From: Eledone cirrhosa
Lineage: Eukaryota
DNA: 64,000 bases
Direction: 5' to 3'
Assembly (NCBI GenBank): GCA_964016885.1
Contig: OZ024742.1
Span: forward strand, 225,432,001 to 225,496,000
Notes under the pieces: model-generated
The model's database searches: none
Told to the model about the DNA's origin: nothing
Seen by the model: the letters and a program-made list of their open reading frames with translations, nothing else
Part shown: positions 34,035-47,268 of the stretch, piece after piece
Layout of the letters: the number at the start of each line of letters is the position of its first letter
How positions within the stretch are numbered: the first letter of the stretch is position 1
Position numbers and translations under genes: made by a program

Positions 34035-34450
34035 TCATCATCATCATGGTGATCATCGTTTGCGTCTGTTTTTCCATACTTTATGTGTTGCACAGGTTTT
34101 TTCCTACACAGCATTTCACTTGTTGCTATCTTTCGCCATTTCCTCTGTGAGCTTCAGTGATTTGAGATCAGCTCTCACAACCTCTGCCCAGGTCTTCTTT
34201 GTAACTCAGGTCCTCTACTGTAACTCCCTTCCACTGGGTTTTCTTGGCACATCTTCACCCAATGATCAACGTCCATATGCATTACATGATCATACCAGGG
34301 CAATCTTCTCTACTGCACACTACATCTAATTCCTCTTGTATCTCAGCTCATCATTAGCATTGCACATTCATACACACTTCATTTCTTTTTAGCCTTCATA
34401 TATCTTCTGCATTCATTGCCCATGTCTCACTACTCCTTTCAATAACCTAT
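34035..34450 (-). mobile_element. Old RTE LINE 3' remnant
   Basis: (CAT)n tail and similarity to 51660-52140. Confidence 0.6.
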
Positions 34451-34874
34451 ATGACATGATCCATCAACTTGATGCCCTTGTAGTTACTACTCCCTGGTGC
34501 CTCTCTTTTGCTCTTGTAGCAGTTTACATTGATATTGCTGCACCAATTATTTGGCATGACACTATCCTGTACTACTTGATTAATTATGACATCATATATG
34601 TAATCAAACACAGCAAAATATTAAACTTCAGAAAGTCATCAATAGAATGGGAGACTGGGCATGCCTGCAATCTGATCTATATGCTATGATACAATGGGAA
34701 GAAAAAATAGCAATATGCTAGTAAACAAAAGAAAGGAGAATACACTTCAGAAAAGAGCATTTAAGCTACCAGAGTAACTGTCAATACCAACCTCTGAAGT
34801 GGCCACATAAACAATAAAGTTAACATGGCTCGCAGAATGTACTCCTGTATCCTGAGAACATTTCGATCTTATAT

Positions 34875-35005
34875 CTTTATTTTATCGACCCCCGTAAGGC
34901 AAGGTTAACTTTGGTGAGATTTGGACTCAGAACATAAAGGGCCATAACTTTATGCTGCAAAGTATGGTGTCTGACACTCTACCGATACTGCCAATTGACC
35001 TCCAC
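34875..35005 (-). mobile_element. tRNA-derived SINE
   Basis: Reverse complement of the SINE head and core. Confidence 0.7.
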
Positions 35006-35011
35006 TAATAA

Positions 35012-36750
35012 CATTGTGTAACATATTTTTTGTTTCCCAGTTCTAAGTGTCATTTCCTGGTTTGTTATATCCCATTATTATAAAAAAACACTATTATTTA
35101 ATCAGAAGTTTGGGTTTGTGGTCAGGAGTTTGATATTTCGAAATTTTCATATTTTTCAAGAAAAAACACCATTTTTTTAAATTTATCAGTTCATATAATT
35201 AAATCAACAGAGTATATATTTATTTTATTACACAAGCTTATCAAAAGCAAACAAGTAAAAACAAATAACACTTATAAAGCAACTTATACATGTCAGAAAT
35301 GACTGGATTTGTGGTTGTAGTCCAGGTCGCATTCCCGCACTAGCCCCCAGATATAGTCACCCATCATTTTTTCATTGTAGTGGCCCTGGTACCTCCGCTC
35401 TATCTCTTTCACATCTTGGTGGAATCGTTCGCCTTGTTCTTCTGAGTAGGCACCCATATTGTCCTTGAATTTTTCCAGGTGAGCGTCCAGCATATGGCGC
35501 CAAAAGCCTTTATCAGATCCTGCACCAGTTGCTGGTAGTTTTCAGCTCTGTAGTTGCCCAGGAAGCCCTTGAAACAGCTCCATGCTGTTCTCTCAATCCT
35601 ATTGAGCTTATTGGAGAACTCGGTAGACTCAAACACCTTCTTTATCTGATGTCCAACAAAAATTTCACCTTTGATTTTGGCCTCAGATAACTTGGGGAAG
35701 AACTCAAGCAGGTACTTAAAAGCGGCTGATTCTTGGTTGAGATCCTTCACAAATTGCTTCATCAACCCCAACTTAATGTGCAGTGGCGGCATGAGCACAA
35801 TCCTGGGATCAACCAGTGGCTCCCACATGACGTTCCGGGTCCCAACTACAAATTCTGTTCGCTGCTCCCAGTTCTTTCTTTTGTAGTGATCAGAGGTGGC
35901 TCTGCTGTCCCAAAGGCAGAGGAAGCATTGGAATTTGATAAAGCCTCCTTGGAGTCCAAGCAGGAAAGCCACCATCTTGAAGTCTCCAATGATTTCCCAA
36001 TTGTACTGGTTGTATTGCAGAGCTTCCAAGAGGACTTTCACACTGTAGTAATCTTGCTTCAGGCAGACTGAATGAGCTAGGGGCAGTGTCGGGAACTTGT
36101 TTCCATTGTGGAGGAGGACAGCCTTCAAACTTGTGGTGGAGCTGTCTATAAATAGCCGCCACTCCTTGGGCACAAACAGCACCCCAATAACGTCAAACAG
36201 TCCAGGCACGTCATGGCAGAAGCATCCCTAAGAGTGTAAAAGCCTGAGAAAGGTTTGTGTCAACTTCTCTGACTTGTCACCTGCACTTCCCCCTTGACCA
36301 AGTTCCACTGCTTCATCCTGGAGATGAATAGCTCTGCATTGGACTTGGTCAGACCCATATCCCTGACCAAGTCATTGACTTCTTTTTGGTTTGGGAAGTG
36401 AGGAACTTTTTCTGGTACCCCAGTATCAATAAATCTCTTTAATCCACTTTTTAACAATTTTATACTTTATTGCACTTTTATAATTTTCTTTAGGTATTAC
36501 TCTTTATTTTATAATTTTAATTTAACCTGAAACATATATTAAAAAAATCATTTAACATAAGCAAATTAAACTTACATACAACGTAAAATCCAGCATACAA
36601 ATAATTCTAGTGAATAGCTTAGAATGTTTACAAACCCAAACTTTTAACTGTTCAATAGCACTTTTTTTTTTATTTATTTGGGACCTAAGCAACACAAAAA
36701 AGTGATTGCAAGCCAAGAACAGAGAAAAAAAAAATTTTTGTTACACAGTG
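35012..36750 (-). mobile_element. Chapaev3-type (CMC) DNA transposon, internally deleted
   Basis: TIRs CA(T/C)TGTGTAACA...TGTTACACAGTG flanked by a TAA 3-bp TSD (35009-35011, 36751-36753). Confidence 0.8.
35293..36457 (-). pseudogene. Chapaev3-like transposase (fragmented)
   Basis: WRLFIDSS..SLKAVLLHNGN, CFLCLWDSR, PPLHIKLGLMKQFVK and SEEQGERFHQD. Confidence 0.82.
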
Positions 36751-36754
36751 TAAT

Positions 36755-37260
36755 GCGATCACCCTAGATAGCAAAATCTTTCTACCACTTCCAGTGAACC
36801 TTCTGAATATTTGAGGGAGTGTATTTCTTAAGTACTCTTACTGTTGACAACTCCTGTGCATTTTCCCCATAATAAATCTATCCTCCTTGCCAGCCTACCT
36901 GTGATTCCCCTACATCTTTTATGTGTCCACAGTTCACACTAGGTACACCATATAGAATTTCTACCTACTCTTTTTCTACATGTTGAGCGTTGCATCAAAG
37001 TCTTATTCTTTTTCCTGCTTAATAAACCTTTGGTCTTTGTTAAGTTTACTTTGAAGCCCTTTGATTTCAGATTTCACTTCCATATCTTAAACTTCTCTAA
37101 TTCTTTCACAGTTTCAGTTATGATGGGTAGGTCGTCAGAAGATACAAGCTCTCACAGACAACCAGTTTTTAATTCCTCTGTTATGGCCTAGAAGTCTATA
37201 ATAAACAGCAGTGGGTGAGAATTAAGCTTTAGTGGACTCCTATTCACACTGATCTCACCT
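36755..37260 (-). mobile_element. Old RTE LINE remnant
   Basis: Degenerate similarity to 52260-52800 (same order of RT motifs). Confidence 0.6.
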
Positions 37261-37289
37261 TGCTGGCAGCATCTCAGTACATACTTGTA

Positions 37290-38460
37290 CAGCACTCACA
37301 AGCCATGCCGTGGCTGACAATGCACAAACACACGCTCAGGCTGCGGCATCTCTACGTATTCCTCACCGGACAACTGGTGTGGGCCCCGTTCATGAGGCGA
37401 GCCTTCCCACGACTCGTCTCGCTGACCGAGCTGCAGTCCTGGGTCAAGCAAAGACCAAGGAAAATAGGCGACTGGCACATCGAATGTGTTCAGGCTCTCA
37501 CAGCCTTCTGGCAGGCGGACCCGGCGATCAGTGGAGACTCCACTTCGTCATTCTATAGAGGGTTCATCCGCAGAAAGTGCGATGACGCACTTGGTGAAAC
37601 TCTGGGCGTAGAGGAAGACGAACTGGCCAGTCTGTTCGGTAGGACTTTCCACCCGGGACCGATGGACAACTTCCAAAAGTCCCTGGCCTAGCAGTGCTAC
37701 CGAGGAGCTCTACCAGTTCGAGACAAGCTCTACAGACATGGGCGCCCGAGCAGGGACCCTTCGAAAAGATCTGTCCGAGGTGCGTGCAAGACGAAGAAAC
37801 CGTCGCGCATGCATTTATACACTGCCCGGGCGTTACCGACCTGTGGGGCTATGTAGAATGACTATTGTCGCGGGTGGGACCAATCCGGTTGACCACCGAG
37901 TCCAGTGTCATGATCAAACTGCCACCCTCCTTCAAAAACGAAGGAGAGGCAGTTTTCCTTTATGTGATAGCTATGGCGAAAGAGGTTGTATGGTGGACAA
38001 GGTTGAAAGGGCTGAGGTCAGACACCTTTCTCTCCGGCCAACAACTGATTCTTTTTTTTCAAATACCACTTTAGAAGAAGAATCAGGATGGAGAGAGAGG
38101 TGCTGTACCCCAGCAAGTTTTATAAAAGGCGGGTGAAAGTGACGAGAATGGCCCGAGTGAATGGGCCTTCTTTCTATATCAGCCTGTAGTTTGGTGAAAA
38201 AGAGGAGGAGAGGAAAGGGGTACAAACTCTTCGTACTCCTGGAGATGAGGGTTGCACATTTTTTTCGGGGGTATGTGTTACCCATATGTAATGTCACCTC
38301 CTATTGGGGCAAATCGATTAACTTTTAAATTGTATTTGTGATAGTATTTTTCACATTTTTATTGTATGTAAACTTCCTCCTTTGTATTTGTCCCCTTCTT
38401 TTGTGCCTGCATGTGTGTGTGAGTGCCTATTTGTAGAAACTTTCATAACACTAATAAAAA
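37290..38460 (+). mobile_element. Tx1/L1-clade LINE 3' fragment with 3' UTR
   Basis: Homologous to 63080-63960 (LVSLTELQSWVK, PGPMDNFQKSLA, MAKEVVWWTRLKGL); AATAAA near 38453. Confidence 0.85.
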
Positions 38461-38514
38461 TTATATAAATTCTCGCTGACTCCTTGGATTTATTATTTAT
38501 TATTATCTATGGTG

Positions 38515-38725
38515 GGGGTTTGGCAGTATTGGTAGAGTGTCAGACACCATGCTTTGCAGCATGGAGTTATGGCCATTTACATTCTGAGTTCAAGGTTAAC
38601 TTTGCGTTTCATCTTTATGGGGTCGATAAAATATAGCACCAGTAATGCAATAGGGTCGCTTTAATCAACTTTCCCCTTCTCCCAAAAATTGCTGGCCTTG
38701 TGATATAGTGGAAATCATTATTTTT
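38515..38725 (+). mobile_element. tRNA-derived SINE
   Basis: SINE head, core and tail. Confidence 0.75.
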
Positions 38726-38760
38726 ATTATTATTCGTGGGAGAATCATGAGAGTAGAGTA

Positions 38761-41246
38761 CAGTGGGTCCTCTTTATCCGGTAAATTCACAGATACGGTT
38801 TTGGGTAATTACTACCATCAATTCTATTTACGGTAAAAAAAAATTCACAGATACGGTTTTTGGTCGTGTTTTGTTTATATTGTACCATAGCGCCAACTGT
38901 AGTAAGCAATAAATTCCCCCTTGAATTTGTGGAAACTGGCTGCTATTCGAATTCTAGGAAAATTATGTTACTACTGCTATTGTACTAACTGACCTTACCA
39001 AGAAATTGGCCAATCACGAGCGAGTTCAGATATCAGTCGATGATGTCATAACTCTTAACTGATCACTTCAGTTCGGCAAACTAGCGTGTCCTCTCAGTGA
39101 AAGAATTTTTGCCGAACTGAAGTGATCAGTTAAGAGTTATGACGTCATTCAAAGCAAGAGAAAACTCAACGGTGCGTTTTTGGAGCATAATTATCACGGC
39201 ATATCTTATAACCCCATATCTCATGGCCCCAAAACGTCCTGCGAATATTGCTGATGCAGATGGAAAGGCCAAACGCATGAGGAAGAACCTGATTTTGGAG
39301 ATAAAGCTGGACATTTTGAAAAGGAAGGAACAGGGGCAAGGTACGTCCGCCATAAGTCGTAACTTAGGCCTAGCCCAATCTACAGTCTGGACTGTTTTAA
39401 AATAGTGAGGCTGTCAAAAAGCTGGGGAGAATGCTACGAGTCTACAGAGTAAATTGTTGACCAAACATCGTGAGCCGATTATGGATAGGATGGAAAGGTT
39501 GCTCAAAATTTGAATCGACGACCAAAATCGTCAACATATGCCTCCCTCTGTCTTTAAATGTAATCAGTGAGAAAGCGTTGTCCATTATTGACAGGCTCAA
39601 GACTGAAATGGGGGTGGAGGACTTTGTATTCAAGGCAAGCAAAGGCTGGTTTGATAAGTTCAAACGACGTTCGAGTCTTCACAACATAAATGTTACAGGT
39701 GAGGCTGCCAGTTCCGAAAAAAAAAAGTGCTGAAAAATTGAAGGCAGAGTTAGAGAAATGCATTGCAGAGAAGGGGTACAGCAAAAAACAGGTTATTAAT
39801 TATGATGAAACAGGACTTTATTGGAAAAAGATGACCAGTAATACTTATATTGACAAGGAGGAGAAAAAGTGCGAAGGGGTTCAAAGCCTCAAAGGACCGC
39901 GTTACTCTGTTACTTGGAGGGAATGCAGAAGGAGATTTAAAGCTAAAGCTACTCATTATCTACCATTCTGAAACTCCAAGAGCACTCAAGGGGTTACTTA
40001 AGCAATACCTACCAGTGATATGGAAGTCTAATAAGAAGGCATGGCTGATCACTTCAATTCATCAGGATTTATTCACCTAATATCTGTCACCAACCCTTAA
40101 GGAATATGCATTAGCTAACAACATTGCCAACCGTTTTCTGCTATTAGTGGACAACACTCCCAGCCACCCACGGCCAATGGAAGACTGGTCAGGAAATATT
40201 GAGGTTTTGTTTCTCCCCCCAAACACCACAGCTCTCATTCAGCCGATGGATCAAACAGTCATCAAAACATTTAAGGCATACTACCAGCGGAGAACCATGC
40301 AGCAGCTGATAAAGGGCACAGATGGGCCTGACAAGCCCCCGATCAGGGAATGGTGGAAATTGTACAACATCAAGCACGGCTTAGACAACATCAAGGCATC
40401 TTGGGAAGAAGTGAAGCAGTCTACCATGAACTTGGCCTGGAAGAAATTATGGCCAGCATGTGTGAATGACTTCCAAGGCTTTGCTGAGGACATTGGTGCG
40501 ATAAAGATATTGTAAATCTCTGCCATAGAGCTGGCTTCGATGGTGTTAATGATGATGATGTGCAAGACCTTTTGGAAAGCCACACTGAACCACTCTCCAA
40601 TGATGAACTCATAGAACTAGACAAAACGATACAGGAGACAGAAAAAGAAGAAGAGGAGGCAGAAGAACCTGTGCTTGGCTTGGACATAAAAACTCTAAGA
40701 GAATGTCTCAGGAGTATCGAAACAATCTTAGAAACCCTGAAGAGCGTGACCCCAACCCTGCTAGGAGCAGCAAAGTGGCTCAAGACGCCGAGAAAAGCGT
40801 CAAGATTTACCAAGAAATGTATGAAGCCAAAAGAAACCCTGCCAAAATCCTCCATCTACTCTTTCTTCAAGCCAGTCACACCTGCCAACTGTGCTACAGC
40901 TGACCCTTCAACATCCACTGCAGTCAACGAGTTTGTTGGTTTTGAGCCTCCCACATCACCCTCATCCTCCCCTGCCAACTCAGCCCAAGATGAGTAAGTG
41001 CTGAAACCCATACTGTCCCTTAGCCTCGGGAGGGACAAATGAAGAGGCACATCATCTGATGGAGTATGCGGCATGTGTAAGGTACGGTAAATAAAAAAAA
41101 ACATTTCTATTCTGTAGGGATGACTTTTTCGATGTGCTGGAACGCATCCCTATCTATTTCATGTTATAATGGGTTCTTTACACGGTAATTTGATATACGG
41201 CAAGGGTTTCAGGAACACATATATACCGTATATCGAGGACTCACTG
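38761..41246 (+). mobile_element. Tigger (pogo-like) DNA transposon, full length but decayed
   Basis: TA|CAGTGGGTCCTC... and ...GAGGACTCACTG TIRs; subterminal direct repeats aaattcacagatacggtttt. Confidence 0.9.
39223..40997 (+). pseudogene. Tigger/CENP-B-like DDE transposase (stops and frameshifts)
   Basis: N-terminal HTH (GLAQSTVWTVLK), FKASKGWFDKFKRR, NYDETGLYWK, KDRVTLLLGGNAEGD, DNTPSHP and FLPPNTTALIQPMDQ. Confidence 0.9.
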
Positions 41247-42240
41247 AACTCAGAGTTATATTTATCTACAACCTTTCCATCATAATTTTATGTAAGAACA
41301 TTTTTTTATGTTTCAAACCAATGTAATCCTTTTCATACCAAACTGCCTAAAACCAATCCTGTTTCTACAATACAAAATTTTATTAAGTTATGCTCCAAAT
41401 ACCAGCTTAATAATGAGAAAGTTATAATTACTAAATCCTTTCAAATAGATGATGATTTGCAAAATTATTTGAAAATCATAGGCAGTGTCTTACATTAAAA
41501 ATATGGTAATGAAAGAGTTAAAGTATTTATGTTTATCTAAAAACCTTCAATCATAATTTTATGTAAGAACCTTTGTTGGGTTATGTTCCAAACACCAGTT
41601 TGATAATGAAAAAGTTATTTTACTAAATCCCTCCAAATTCTTGATATTTTCAAATGAATTATTCCCAAATTCCCAACCCTTACATCCAAGAAAAAATTAT
41701 AGGCATTGTATTTTCTTGTTGAACAGCTATTATTTCCAAACAATGAGTGTTCCAATTGTTCAAACAACAGGACAGCCTGCTTGCCAAATTAACATGTGTA
41801 TGTACCCTTAACAAGGAGATTCAGCATAAAACAGTGTATGATATGGCTGACTCTTTAAATTTACAGAGACAACTTATTTTTTTCAGCTGAGTGGATAGGA
41901 GCAATGTGAAATAGTGTCTTGCTGAAAGACACATCATGCCATCATGAATGGAACTCATGACTTTACATCATAAGCTGACTACCCTAAGCCATTTATCTGT
42001 AATTTATTAGGTATATGGTAATGAAGATCTTTCCAAGAATTATTTATTCATGGCCCACTTATTATTTCATATATCCGGGTTTTGCATAACTATAATAACA
42101 GTTGTTTTTCTAATTCTGCCACTAACTTCAATGTTGACTTGTTAAACCAGGACATTATAAATCATTTCAATAGTTTTCACCTACTACCACTTAAATTCCA
42201 TCAATTGTATCGTGATTATGGTATGTAAAAACACTTCATT

Positions 42241-42820
42241 ATTATGTTACTACTTTGCCTTTCATCCTTGCGGGGTCAATAAAATAAAGTACCAGTAATG
42301 CTCTGGGGTAATTGCTAGCCTTGTGCCACAAGTAGAAACAATTATTATGTTACTACTTTGCCTTTCATCCTTGCGGGGTCAATAAAATAAAGTACCAGTA
42401 ATGCTCTGGGGTAATTGCTAGCCTTGTGCCACAAGTAGAAACAATTATTATGTTACCACTCTGTGTAGCAATATTTGTTCAGCTTTTTACATTCTGAGTT
42501 CAAATTCCGCCAAGGTTAACTTTCCCTTTCATCCTTACAGGATCGATAAAATAAAGTACCAGTAACACACTAGGGTAAATTTAATTGACTTTCACTTCCC
42601 CCAAAATTGTTGGCCTTGTGCCTAAATCAGAAACCATTATTACTGATCTGTATAGCAATATTTGTTCCAGCTCTTTACATTGTCAGTTCAAATCCTGTCA
42701 TGATCAACTTTACCTTTCATCTTTTTAGGTTTAAAAAAATAATGTACCAATCCAATACTGAAGTTGATATAAATTCCCACAAATTACTGGCCTTGTGCCA
42801 AAATTAGAAACAATTACTAT
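42241..42820 (+). mobile_element. SINE cluster including an exact 103-bp tandem duplication
   Basis: 42241-42343 is repeated at 42344-42446; two more SINE fragments follow. Confidence 0.8.
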
Positions 42821-44378
42821 GTCACAAGCATAAAAAGCTAACAGCTGGTAAATTTGGTTGTGTATAAATGTAGTTTTCATTCATTGTTATACTGTACTAC
42901 AGAATATATTTGTAGATTTTGCTTACCAACACTATTTTTATAAACAGAAACAGGTGTAAATACCTTGTCCCTATATACAATATCTTGTTCCCCCTGTCAA
43001 ATGGTAGTGCTGATGCTATGACAAAAGAGCTTGGTATAAGCTGTGAAGTGGTTGGCATTAGGAAGGGCATCCAGCTATAGATACCATGCCGAAATGGAAT
43101 GTAAGAGCAAAACGAACTCATCTGACATACTGTACTATAGAATATAGCAATAGTTTTTAAGCATTATTGCATTGCATATATAAACAGATGTAAATACCTT
43201 TTCTTTATATACAATATCTTATATGTTTTGTTTTAATGCTGTACCCTACTATAGAATATGTCCATAGATTTTTAGCTAACATTGTACGTATAGAAAGGCA
43301 TCTAAACGTGTCAGTTGTGGAATCTTGTTGGATCTTCCATATTGGAAGATCTTGTTTATCATTCATCATCACTGTTTAATGTATATTTTCCATGCTTACA
43401 TATGGTTGGTAGATCCTTGACAATATATTGCACCACCACTCTTGGTAATTTCTTACAAATGGGATAAGTTACTGGATTGTTACTGGCTTTGTTAACAAAT
43501 TTATATACTTCATCTCCCAACCAACATGTCAGAAATAGAATGCTGCAAGTAGAACGTTTTTTTTTATAATTCAGTTTACTATGTATTTCTGCGCAAGTCT
43601 GTTTTTGTTTGTTTGTTTTTATTTTGTTTTTGTTTTGTTTTTTCACTGGTTTTACTGGTTGAGAGCTTATGGCTATGAATTCAATATTTGAGCTTCTTGC
43701 CAAACACGTTTCCTAGCAACAGTTGGCTATTCAGCTTCCTCCTCTTCTGACGTTACATGTTGCTACTGGACTGTAACTACAACATTCCAGAAGTAGTTGT
43801 TGATGGGAACTACAAGGGCCTCCTGGTGTTCAGAAGGACTATCTTGCTGATGAAGGGCTGTAGCATTGGATGTAATGTACAATATATGCATGGTATAGCC
43901 ACTGTGAATGACAGGTGCTGCTGCATATGTCTGATCAGTTCATACTTGTAGAAACGAAATTTAATTCAGGGCCTTTTGGTAATTTACTATAACCCACATA
44001 CAGTCCTCTCTATTACAAATAATCTACTGTGTTCACTTTGAGGCATAGTTTTGTGCATTACCATGTTCAAATCTTATTTCTCATTGAGTGAGTAATGGAC
44101 AGGCCAGGATAATATAGATCCCTATTCCACTGACTTTGTTAACAAATATCACATATATTTTTATTTGTTTGACCCGAATTACTTGATCGTTTTTTTTGGT
44201 TGTGCGGATGATTGATTGTTTAACCATCGTCTCAGTGTGTTTGGCCTTTAACGTTTGTTATAGCTCTGGTTCATCTGAATCATTGAGCACTTGCCACACA
44301 TCTCGGAGGTTGTTTTTCGTTATTTCGTGGGCCGAAATCCGATTCTCGATAATTTATATTTGTATTTATATATATATA

Positions 44379-44446
<68 letters not shown>

Positions 44447-44474
44447 AGTATATATATATATATATATGTGTGAG

Positions 44475-44542
<68 letters not shown>

Positions 44543-44787
44543 GGTGTATGTATATATATATATATATATAAAAAACAGGGGAAGAAAGAGGAAAACTGCG
44601 TGGTTGCACATGGGTTACATATTATAAAATTAGTCCCTCATCAGTGATTTGCCAACCATCATTGGTATTTCATCGCATTAAAAATCATATACCTCAGGTT
44701 GGTACGAGCAATAACTAAAATAAGCTATTGGGACAAGTAAATCGCGTAAAGCGAGTGAGACAAGTATATATATATATATATATATAT

Positions 44788-45290
44788 TAGGATTGGTGCT
44801 CTGAAATAGCGATGTATACATGAATGTATGTATAGTATATTTGGCAATATACCGTATGTTTAATTAAAAACATTTAGAAGACCATACGCTATCAGTTTTA
44901 AAGTAGTGACTATGTTACTTACTTCTTTTAATTAAACATCCGGTATATTGCCAAATATACTATACATACATTCATGTATACATCGCTATTTCAGAGCTCC
45001 AATCCTAATACCTAATTTTTGCTGGACCGGCAATCGCTCTGTATAATCAGCTCCTGGTTATTACTGGAATTCTATAAGAATCCAGCTTCTATAATTTTCA
45101 GCGGAAGCAGGGGGTGTGTGGCTCTGATGAATGCCAGCCAGCGTGAAACAGACTGTCAGCTTCTCTCCCTTCTTTCACCGAAAAGAAGTAAGTTATAAAG
45201 TCATTACTTTAAAACTGATAGCGTATGGACTTCTCAATGTTTTTAATTAAACATCAAGTATATTGCCAAATATACTATATATACATTCAT
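44788..45290 (+). mobile_element. Retrozyme/PLE-like unit (about 315-nt period) with inverted 5' partial copy; relative of the 310-bp array
   Basis: Shares gctctgaaatagcgat and ggaccggcaa.cgctct with the array unit; direct repeat at 44926 and 45241; 44788-44929 is inverted. Confidence 0.75.
45102..45176 (+). ncRNA. Type I hammerhead ribozyme (GUC site)
   Basis: ggct CTGATGA atgc-cagcca-gcgt GAAA cag-a-ctg TC agct; predicted cleavage after C45157; purine and pyrimidine arms extend stem I. Confidence 0.82.
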
Positions 45291-45295
45291 ATATA

Positions 45296-45740
45296 TGCAG
45301 ACTATGATGCCTGCATACGAACAGCAATGTTACATGGCAGTGAGACATGGGCATTGTGTGCAGAGGACCTGTGCAGACTGGAGAGGAATGAAGCTTGCAT
45401 GCTCCGTTGGATGTCTAATAGTAATATACGTGAACTGCAAAGCATAAATGAACTAAGTAAGAAATTAGGAATAAGAGGGATCAGATGCTGTTTACTCGAG
45501 AGAAGACTACGTTGGTATGGTCACGTGATGCGCATGAAAGACGACAGCTGTATAAAAAAGTGCAGGGTGATCAAAATTGATGGAATCTACGGAGTAGGCA
45601 GACCCAGAAAAACCTGGGACGATTTGATAAATTCCGACCTTACACACTTACACCTCTCCAAGACAATGACACTGGCGCTACGCAGTAATACAGAAGACCG
45701 CCTTGCCTATGTACAAAGCGAAACCTACAGTCAGTAGGCA
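45296..45740 (+). mobile_element. RTE LINE 3' fragment
   Basis: YDACIRTAMLHGSETW, RRLRWYGHVMRM and GRPRKTW. Confidence 0.85.
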
Positions 45741-45849
45741 CCTCTTAACCAAAAACACACCCCCGTCCCACTACCCTACCCCCAACCCCATCAACACCAC
45801 CCCTTTCTCTGTAAAGTTATGTTGGTACCACAACATTCAGTCCTAAATA

Positions 45850-46103
45850 AATGAGGTTGTGTAGGTGTCACGACAAAAAAACACAGTCCACGCTGTAATG
45901 TGGCCATGTAGGTAACACAGTAAAAACCTCCCAGTCCACACTGTAAATGTGGTTGGTGTTAGGAAGGGTATCCAGCCATAGAAAACCTGCCAGACAGTCC
46001 TATATGAGCATGACAACCACTCTTGCCTCGAGTGGGACAATTCCCGTCTAAACCCATGCTAGCGTAGAAGATAGACGTTAAACGATGATGGTGATGATGA
46101 TGA
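45850..46103 (+). mobile_element. SINE (second family) ending in a (GAT)n tail
   Basis: ggttggtgttaggaagggtatccagccatagaaaacctgcc core also seen near 43050, 48350 and 51190. Confidence 0.65.
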
Positions 46104-46289
46104 TATATATGTGTGTGTGTGTAAAAGGTAAACGGAAATAACAACACAGAGAGAAGGCATGTCACCATAGAGAAATCTAGGTTGTATAAAATTCTAACAA
46201 TATCAAAATATTTTGAGAGATAAAGAGATATGAATATATTAGAGAAGATTAGCCATGCAATGTCAGTTGTCACAACTCTATCATTATCA

Positions 46290-46845
46290 TTGGTTGAGAT
46301 CAAATCCAGCCGAGGTTAACTTTGCCTTCCATCCTTATAGGGTCGATAAAATAAAGTACCAATCACGCACTGGGGTCGATCTGATCGACTTCCCTCTCCC
46401 CCCGAATATGCTGGCCTTGTGCCTATATAAGAAACCATTATTGGTGGATTGGCAGTATCGGTAGAGGGTCGGACGCCATGCTTTCCAGCATAGTTACGTC
46501 CCTTTACGATCTGAGTTCAAATCCCGCCCAAGTTGACTTTGCCTTTCATCCTTACGGGGTCGATAAAATAAAGTACCAGTAATACACTGGGTAATTGCTG
46601 GCCTTGTGCCAAAAGTAGAAACAATTATTATTATTATTTTCAAGGCGGGGGATTGGCAGTATCGATAGAGGGTCGGACGCCATGCTTTGACGCATAGAGT
46701 TAAGGCCCTTGCCATTCTGAGTTCAAATCCCGCCAAGGTTAACTTTGCCTTTCATCCTTAAGGGGTCGATAAAATAAAGTACCAGTAATACACTGGGTAA
46801 TTGCTGGCCTTGTGCCAAAAGTAGAAACAATTATTATTATTATTA
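46290..46845 (+). mobile_element. Three tandem tRNA-derived SINEs
   Basis: Repeated head, core and (ATT)n tail. Confidence 0.85.
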
Positions 46846-47268
46846 TTTTTTTAACGTAGTTGGCAGATGTTTTTGACTCCTTAATTAGAGGGTAATTTTA
46901 TGGCCATTGGTCAGTGCCAGGTCACATTCACTGAGGTCAAAGTGTTTCTTATCATGACTTCACAGTGGGTAGTGGTAAATCACTTCAACATTTTCATGTT
47001 CTTGTTGGTAAGTTTGGATGATGCCTAGCGCTGTGTAGAGATAAACAGGCAAAACTGAGGTTGGTGCTTGGTTCTATCTATATGCCTTAAGGGCATGGTG
47101 GTGGAATCGATTTCCATGTTAGTCAGGATTATAATAGGAGAACGTTTTAAACCGAATCAGATTAGTGATTCTAGATACGCTCACCTACATATCGATGAAA
47201 CACGTGTCAGTTACTTAATAAATGTTAATCCTTCAACTGCAAAATTGGTGTATTCATGTGATTTATAA

